In this document: positions 56,230-64,000 of the stretch, piece after piece | How the letters are laid out: the number at the start of each line of letters is the position of its first letter | Position numbering within the stretch: the stretch's first letter is position 1 | From: Owenia fusiformis | Taxonomy: Eukaryota | Assembly: GCA_903813345.2 (NCBI GenBank) | Contig: CAIIXF020000001.1 | Location: 38,812,001-38,876,000, forward strand | Length of the DNA stretch: 64,000 bases | Reading direction: 5' to 3' | Notes under the pieces: generated by a model | Seen by the model: only the letters and a program-made list of their open reading frames with translations | The model's database searches: none | What the model was told of the DNA's origin: nothing | Made by a program: the position numbers and the translations under genes

Positions 56230-57399
56230 CAGGGTAAGCCAAAAAAGGTAACCCAAACAAATATTAACTAGACAACAGCGACACCAAAGCGTAGCAAATC
56301 TCATTGAACAGCCATGGCTGGCATTTTTACAAACAAAATATGTAGCAAATATTGTAAAATAACACATTTACAGTGTTCGCGTTGACGCCATTTTTTCTCG
56401 TTTTTACGGAAATTTCAAGAGGTCGGACGAGAAAATCAGAAATCACTTACATCCCTGGGACGCAAAGATTCTACACCACCATCAGGTAACTTTTACTGCA
56501 GAAGAAGATAAAACACGATTTTCTGAAGAATTTTCAAATCGTCTACTTCCTTGATCTCAAAAATGTTTATGTCGGCAAATCTGATTGGCTACCGGAGTGT
56601 CTCAGTATATTCGCGGGGTTTCTAGTCTGAAACACAGCATTTGATTGGCTATGGTGCCCTCCGAGTCATTCCGGAGTATACCAAAGCTGGATAATCTGTT
56701 GTACGCAAACATTAGTTTCAAAATTGAGAATTGAGACTTGTTTTTCATGATAGCCTAATCTTAATTACTTCCACTAGGAACCGTTAGATATCGATCTAAT
56801 GTTATACATCAATATAATTATGGTATGGTTATAATTAATGATAGATCAACGTTTTTCATCTAAAAGTCGTCAAAATGTTATAAAAAGAATCAAAAAGTTC
56901 ACGACCTTGACACGACCTTGAAGATCGGTGATTGGTAAAATGTGAAAACAACTCTTAATTTGAGTATTTCTTTCATTCATTTCGGAGAATTTTGGTATAA
57001 CATTAGTAAAGAATTGTGTGAAAAGGACCAAATGATAGATACTTATCGGGAGAATGTATAGAATTACAATATATGTCATTTTATCCCGTTTTAGCGTAAG
57101 CACTCTATTATCGCCCACTTCACTTTCACTTTAATAACAAAATATGAGGGACGCAAAAAAAATTAGACGGGACTCACATTTTTCAAATGTGTTGCGTCCC
57201 TGGGACTCAGAAATTTAAATGGCTAGCGCGAACACTGCATTTAAGAAAGGCCACCATTTTCAAAATGGTTGCTCACTTGCCAAATTGTCATCAGAAAGGC
57301 ACATATAATACTGATGGACTGCGGAATGAAAATACATTGAACAAGGTCTATATCTGAGTTATTGACATTTGTTTGGGTTTCCTTTTTTGGCTCACTCTG
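56230..57399. mobile_element. Tc1/mariner-type MITE containing two nested insertions
   Basis: TA|CAGGGTAAGCCAAAAAAGGTAACCCAAACAAAT...ATTTGTTTGGGTTTCCTTTTTTGGCTCACTCTG|TA. Confidence 0.7.
56371..57237. mobile_element. hAT-like MITE with 6-bp TSD
   Basis: CATTTA|CAGTGTTCGCG...CGCGAACACTG|CATTTA. Confidence 0.75.
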
Positions 57400-60300
57400 T
57401 AATCAAAAAATCTCAGTTCAGAATTATTTGTAATTTAAATATAATTGAGATATTCCATTGCACAGTCCAGGGCTATGAGGGCGAAGTAAACATTGATATA
57501 GAAGGCTGACAAATTGATCTCTCTAAATTATATTATTACTAACATAAGACAAATTGTATTTATAAAAGTTCCTGCTCATTTCTTCTGCTTGTCATAGCCA
57601 TTATTTATGATCTACAAATGACTTTGTTTCCAAACGGATGCAATTTGTAACTATTGATTGAGTTATTGAATTATTACATATAGATATTGACATTGTTTTA
57701 ATAGATCAAGTATTTCAAGCCAATACAAATGGCAAGACTTGAGAGATTTGATTTCCCTCCTGAATTTAATCTAAATATATCTGATATCAGTGAAATTAAA
57801 AATTCAAGATGCAGTAATGACCAAATCCTTAAAAGTTACAAAAGGGACATTCCTTTTTCAATGCATGCTTATTGCCAAATTAATATAGAAGTAAATCATT
57901 TTTATAAAAGAAAGTTAAAGAAGAGAGAGATGATACTAGATTGAAGTTTTGTGCATCATTAACGAATGGGAATAGGGCATGTGATAGGTGATTTGTTATT
58001 GATGTCATACATTAGGTGGATGAAGAGAATAGTCAGAGAGGCGGAAAAGTATAACTAATTTGTTTCCTCAAAAGCTATTCACTTTTTATATCCCATCAAA
58101 CAAAGTTGATAAAAAGGATGCCTCAGTTAGAGTCTGTCCATCCGTCTGTTCATCTTTCAAAAGTATATGAATGTCCTGGTCTTGTTTCCCCCCATGAAGT
58201 TCATCATATGAAAGAAGTACTGCTCCATAGCATGAAATGGCAATTTGTTTTTAAATGATTTAAGTAATTATTTTATTTGTAAATAAATAGTACAGTATTA
58301 TATATTCCAGTAATGAAGACCATCATTATTTTGACAATATACTTAATATTTTTCGGATCAAATTAAAGTTTTAAGTAAAAACTAAATTAAAGAAGAACAG
58401 TAAAGATGTAAATAACTTCAATTCTGAAATAAATAAGAGTTTGTTTAATAATTATGACAGGTTTGCCTCTAATTCCATCCCCAGGGTAGTCATAAAAAGG
58501 TTTTTAATGGGGACAAAGTGTCTTTTACGAAACTGCAACAGATGAAAACATTTTCGGTTTAATCTGTCTGACTCTTCATTACATTTACATAGGTGCCCAT
58601 TTACATAGGTGCAAAGTATCACTACAAGCAAAATGGCGATAAAAATAATGAAGCAACTAGAACTCAGAACCAAAGTAATTACCATCGGCAGATAACAGTG
58701 ATGATAACATCACTCATTATTGCTCATAGCGCTAAACATGTTAAAAAGTTAAAAGGGAACAATATTGATAAAAGCGATATTCTCTAATAATATCTGCTCT
58801 TGCTAATTTCAGGTGTGCCCTATAAATATGTTATTACTACCTTGTCGGGCCAGTTCTATGGGTTTTAGTGTTAGTTTAGAAGGCATTCATTTTACTATAT
58901 CGACCTTAGCAATATGTGACGTCATAGTGGCGGTCAATACTGCCGGTCGAGAATGCATTTAATTTTCCCCGTGAAATTAGATATCGTTCAGTGCGTAAGA
59001 TTTCCTTGCTGTTTCAGTCCTGGTCATTAACGGTGGTAGTGATACTTATAACGCCATTTCTGCGGGCAATATAATGAAGTATTGGACCGAGGTCTGAAGT
59101 ACTATTGTACTATTCTTCAGACCAAAAACATTTTTAAAATTTAGACAGCAGAATAAGTGAAGCTTGTATCAATTTCTAATAAAAAAACATCTCATTGAAG
59201 TAACAGGGGCTGGAAATAATTAGTTACATTCTGCACCAAAGTTCTTTATTAGTCAGTGTATGTTTCAGCACACCTGGAATTTGAACCAAAATCTATAAAG
59301 GTCTTCAGTATGATGCATGTGCAGTCAGTGTAACATTACTCTTACTTAAGACCCTGGACCTCCCCATTCTGATACTCAGACTATCTCTGCAATGCACTAG
59401 AAGGAAACTGAGAGAAGGCTGTGATATCTCACGATGGGACCTCCCTCCCCCTTATTTACTTCACCAGTGTTGTGTTAGTGAAAGTGAAGTACATGGTGGG
59501 GGGGGGCTAAGTCTTGAAGCAAGACTGTGTAATGCATACTTTTATCTGAACAGTCACCAAATCAACAGTTTTGCAAGCATAATGGTATATTGATTTCTGA
59601 TCTTTTTACATCAAGTATTCAGATTCCTTATCACAATCCATTTATAAGTAAGATTAGAAGTAGGAGTTTGATTAATTTGATATTACTTTTCTGTTAGAGA
59701 TGTCATTTCTTTATATTTCACTACTGGGATTGCTTCTGAAATGTAATATGTCCAAGCCATGCATTATAGGATTATTCGTAAGGACAGTTCCAATTGCCAT
59801 ACTCATAAAATAGAATGAAGAATGAAGGATGATAGTTAACACCATTATAAGGTGGTAACATGTTTTTATAGCCTCTGTTTTGTGACTGACATTCTGGGGT
59901 CCGCATCTGTAACAGATCGTTACAGTTTTATATTGCCTACCTTGTTATGACAGTCATTGACAGTTATGAACGATGGATTATGTGGCATTCACATAGCTGG
60001 GCAAGGTGTATCCATTTCATGGTAATCAATACACGCCATTTCATGTAAATGCATTCCGTTATATAACCAATAATGCATTTTTTGTGGTTGTCACGTTGAT
60101 AACTGGACTCACAGATGGAAATTGATGCTTTGCCAACTTGACCCTTGCAAAAAATCTCTTTTGCATCTTTTAGATGATTTTGTAGAAAATATTTTGCAAT
60201 GTGTATTGTGTATTCTTCCCTAGCTATCCATATATCTCTGAAAGTCAGATCATTCAAATCATGATTGCTTGTGTGCTACATGAAGCCATCAACGCCTCAA

Positions 60301-60653
60301 GAGGTCATCAACATGAAGGAGAAAGCCAACTCAGTAGATAAGACTTTATTAAGGAATTGTTGTTCCAGATTGTGTTTGTTCACAAGTAATGAGATGATTT
60401 TGTTACAGTAATGATGGAATATGATGTGATAAAATCTATAATTGATGGCTATGTTACAAACAATGTATTGTTTGATCATTATCGGATTGTTACTTGGTAA
60501 ATTAACCTTTTGAGATTATACCAATGTCCATTATGTTTCTTGGCATCTCAGGATCTATAATTGGCCATAATTATTTTATCCTTAATCTCTTTAAGGGTAG
60601 ACCCATGTTCTAGAATGGTAATGCTGTTCAGTTCATGAGAAGAATTAGATATA

Positions 60654-60800
60654 CAGTGAAACCTGCAAAGTGGAACACCTCTTTTCAGAATCCCAAGACC
60701 ATCTGACTTAATGTTAAATGAACCTCTATAAGTAAAACACCTCCCAAGTGGAACACATTTTAGAGGTACCAAAGGTGTTCCACTTAGACAGGTTTTACTA
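60654..60800. mobile_element. Small pogo/Tigger-like MITE
   Basis: TA|CAGTGAAACCTG...CAGGTTTTACT, with internal AAGTGGAACAC repeats. Confidence 0.55.
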
Positions 60801-61742
60801 TGTTAAATCATATGATAAATGTAGTGACTTCTCTTTTAAGAGGCAATAAGACATGTTTGTTGCTATTTCTCCTTTCGGAGACAATGAGAAACATGTTTAT
60901 GTGTCGATTTCTTCAGGAGACAATGATATATTCGTTATGTACAATTTGTCCTTTCACAAACAATGAGATCTGTATGTGGCTACAAATATTTTGCATTAAT
61001 ACAGGCTTGTAATCTTGAAGCCTTGGTGCCTCATCTTGATCAAGGTATTGTATATGACTGAAGGAATACACTAGTTTAACAGTATGTCCTTCATTGAAAG
61101 GGCAAAACCTTTATGTCACTGAATCATCATAAAGCTACTCCTTATTCTATATTCTGAATGCATCAAATCTTTCTGTGTGAATTCCTAAGTTAAATATTGA
61201 TAAATGAAGAGGGAGCCAGGGAAACTCTAATTTAGCGTTTGGGAATTACGGAAGGAATGTAAGCTGAATATTGAACATTTTGTTCTTATAGAGCTCCAAT
61301 TCATCACAAAAGAGCGTAAAATAACTGACTATTAATATACTTGCTACTGACAAAATGTGAATGTCATATGATTTAAAAGACAAAACCTTTTAGGAATAAA
61401 AGCATTTTATGTTTATGGTGCAAAACATTATATGTGTAGCTGTATAATAAATACTCGTACTCAATTACGTTAGAACAGAAGTTAGAATAGATGTAATATA
61501 GGATGTAGAAACTAGATATGATATAGATCAACCGCCTCATTTATTTCGGTGTCATTGCCTTTAGGTGACTGTAAACTGTACACCTATTCATATCAAAATA
61601 TGTGTTGAATTTAATGGTAGTCATGTAAGGGCAAAGGTTGAGAACTCTTTACTAAACTATTACAAGGATCAGGATCATAAATTATATTTTTATATTAATT
61701 GCCAGACATAAAAATAACATTTTTTGCATTGTGTATTTTTAG

Positions 61743-62002
61743 TCGGTTTGGCATTGAACCAGAGGCCTGGTTAGTCCAATACAAGTGAGGAGAAGGTGAT
61801 TCAGGCTTTTAATGATCTCGCTGTGATGTTGTCAGAGCATAGAAATAGATTGGAGGAGAGGAAGTGAATCTAGATAAGGAGAATGGGCATCCTGTTTGAA
61901 GCTTTCCCTGTTGTCACTTCACATCATCCTTTAGGAGTGTTACAGTGCCTTGGAGAACCATAAAGATGCAGGGTAAAAGCTTAGGGACGTCAGTCATATC
62001 TG
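61743..62002 (+). other. Putative exon of an unidentified plus-strand gene
   Basis: Higher-GC, purine-rich block bounded by ttttag| and |gtaaga. Possible start ATG CAG GGT AAA AGC TTA GGG ACG TCA GTC ATA TCT G at its 3' end. No recognisable homology. Confidence 0.35.
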
Positions 62003-62780
62003 GTAAGATATTTTTATTGATTTTGCCAAAAGTGTTATTTCATAAATCATTGTGTTTATTGAAAGGAAGTTGAAACACAATGACATTGGAGTGATGTTAT
62101 TGATTATGTGTGGAGTCTTTATTTATATGTTCACATCACCTTTAAAGACAAATTAAAATAGTAATAGTTTGCGGTTAAAATGAAGTTATTTCTTGAACAT
62201 GGGAATGTGCCCTGATCAAAATGATGAATCAAATTTTGAATTCAGTTTTCTTCCTGAATAATAGAAATGAAAATGAAACATGATGATTTATTCATGAAGT
62301 AATCAACATATTTATTGAAATTGATGAGTACACACATGAAACTAATTATCCCAATGAATGGGGTTCAATTGGGATATAGTGCAGCCCTCCATCTATCAGT
62401 CAGTCCATCCATTTGGAAAATAACTCAAAAACTGGTTGATGGATTTTCTTCATGATGGAAAGATGTACAAGATTGATCAATAGTTTTACAAAAAAAAATT
62501 TTCAAGATGGCCAATGCAGCTATGAAAATGAAAGAAATTTTTCACAGTAATCTAAGTTTTAATTTCCAACCAAGTAATGACTAAGTACATGTATTGCTGT
62601 TTGAAAGTTGCAATATTTTTTGATAAAATATCTTTTTCACATTTGTACAGTCTACATGTATATTACCTTTAAATCTAAGGTATTTTAAAGTAGATCACAT
62701 ATATCATATCTTTCTGATTTAAATGGCTATCCAAACATTGAACATGTGGAAATTCTGAGATTTCATTGATTCTCCTATGT

Positions 62781-64000
62781 TATTATAGCTTTTTAAATGC
62801 AAATTTAAGGTTTATAAAAATAGATTGAAAATAGTGTATTGTGACATTTTTCTCAATTCATGAATAATTTGTTCATTGGAATTTGCTTTTCTGTGGAGTT
62901 GCCATTTAGTTTAGAATCAAAATGTGAAGTAATAATAAGAGGAATTAGTTTTAATATTTCAATTTCCTTTAGATACACAACATCAGAAAATACATACAGG
63001 GTGTTCCATATGTTTCAGGAATGATGCTGTATTTTATTGGTTTTCTTTTCAATCTAGCTGATTTTTTGATTCAATGTGTCCAAATATGTTGTGAATAAGT
63101 TGGAAAAGTTTCATATCATGAAACTCACTAGACTGAATAATATGGTTGCTATAGTAACCTAGGGGTAGGGTAGGTGGAGCAGGTGTAACAATGCGCATAA
63201 CATGACATTTTTGTAAAAAAAGTAGTTTTTGTATAAAGTGTTCAAAGTATTAATTTGTCATAGTCGCATCAAACTTGTTGGAAATTAAAAAGAATAAAGG
63301 TGGATTCCTGGAAATTAAAAATGTTATCACACCCTTTATTAGCCATCATCATTATTTCAGCATCTATCCCTTCCGCATTAGTTAGCACTCCCACTGTTCT
63401 CGGATGTCCACATTTTGGATAATCAGTCTCAGTTTCCCTTCCAGAATTGAACCTCTTGTACCACTCATACACTCTAGAGGTTACCATCATTGAGCCCCCA
63501 TGTGCATTCGTTAGGAGTTTAATTGTGTCTGCTGCAGAAAACTGTTATTCACACATGTCATGTCTTGTCACAGATTGTTGTTTGTTGCCTAAGTCGAAGG
63601 TTTTCCTAAGCTAATGACTTTTTCACTTTTCAAGATGGCCGCCTGTCCAAAATGATCTGTGTTTATTCTCCTTTGTGACTCATGACATGACAGGTGTTTA
63701 AATTTTGATGTGATCAAGGGTGATGACATTTTTTACTTTCTTGTTATTATTATTATAGCTTTTTAAATGCAAATTTAAGGTTTATAAAAATAGATTGAAA
63801 ATAGTGTATTGTGACATTTTTCTCAATTCATGAATAATTTGTTCATTGGAATTTGCTTTTCTGTGGAGTTGCCATTTAGTTTAGAATCAAAATGTGAAGT
63901 AATAATAAGAGGAATTAGTTTTAATATTTCAATTTCCTTTAGATACACAACATCAGAAAATACATACAGGGTGTTCCATATGTTTCAGGAATGATGCTGT
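62781..64000. repeat. Direct duplication: 62781-63030 repeated at 63751-64000 (runs off the window)
   Basis: The sequences look identical over 250 bp at an offset of 970. Confidence 0.9.
63269..63545 (-). pseudogene. Mariner transposase N-terminal HTH remnant
   Basis: SAADTIKLLTNAHGGSMMVTSRVYEWYKRFNSGRETETDYPKCGHPRT resembles the mariner VYxWxKRFxxGRxSxEDxPRSGRP motif. A TA|CAGGGTG TIR-like end lies at 62997. Confidence 0.7.

Noticed and set aside
50000..61500. Numerous 60-100 aa ORFs
   Set aside because: No recognisable domains, AT-rich composition, many non-ATG starts, and overlap with repeats.
63147..63160. Near-perfect X-box GTTGCTATAGTAAC
   Set aside because: It lies in transposon-derived sequence with no nearby gene start.

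Overview
AT-rich, intron-containing animal genomic DNA. It is probably an invertebrate (lophotrochozoan-like by repeat style), but the species cannot be determined from the sequence. There are no prokaryotic features. Five spliced protein genes were reconstructed by hand, each with GT-AG introns and an in-frame exon sum: an SLC22 organic cation transporter (-), a THEG-repeat sperm/cilia protein (+), cytoplasmic poly(A)-binding protein PABPC (-), a FAM167-like gene (+) and complex I subunit NDUFV1 (-). A probable sixth gene starts at about 49.9 kb (+). The window also has a decayed Tx1/L1 LINE and many nested non-autonomous DNA transposons. The most notable observations are: (1) a roughly 3.3 kb modular repeat domain downstream of PABPC, including an array of hairpins whose minus-strand loops vary almost only within the GNRA consensus (candidate structured 3'UTR or lncRNA); (2) an intronic H/ACA snoRNA in PABPC; (3) duplicated alternative last exons of NDUFV1; (4) a 117-bp satellite that amplifies an NDUFV1 5' splice site; (5) Transib-like and Zisupton-like elements.
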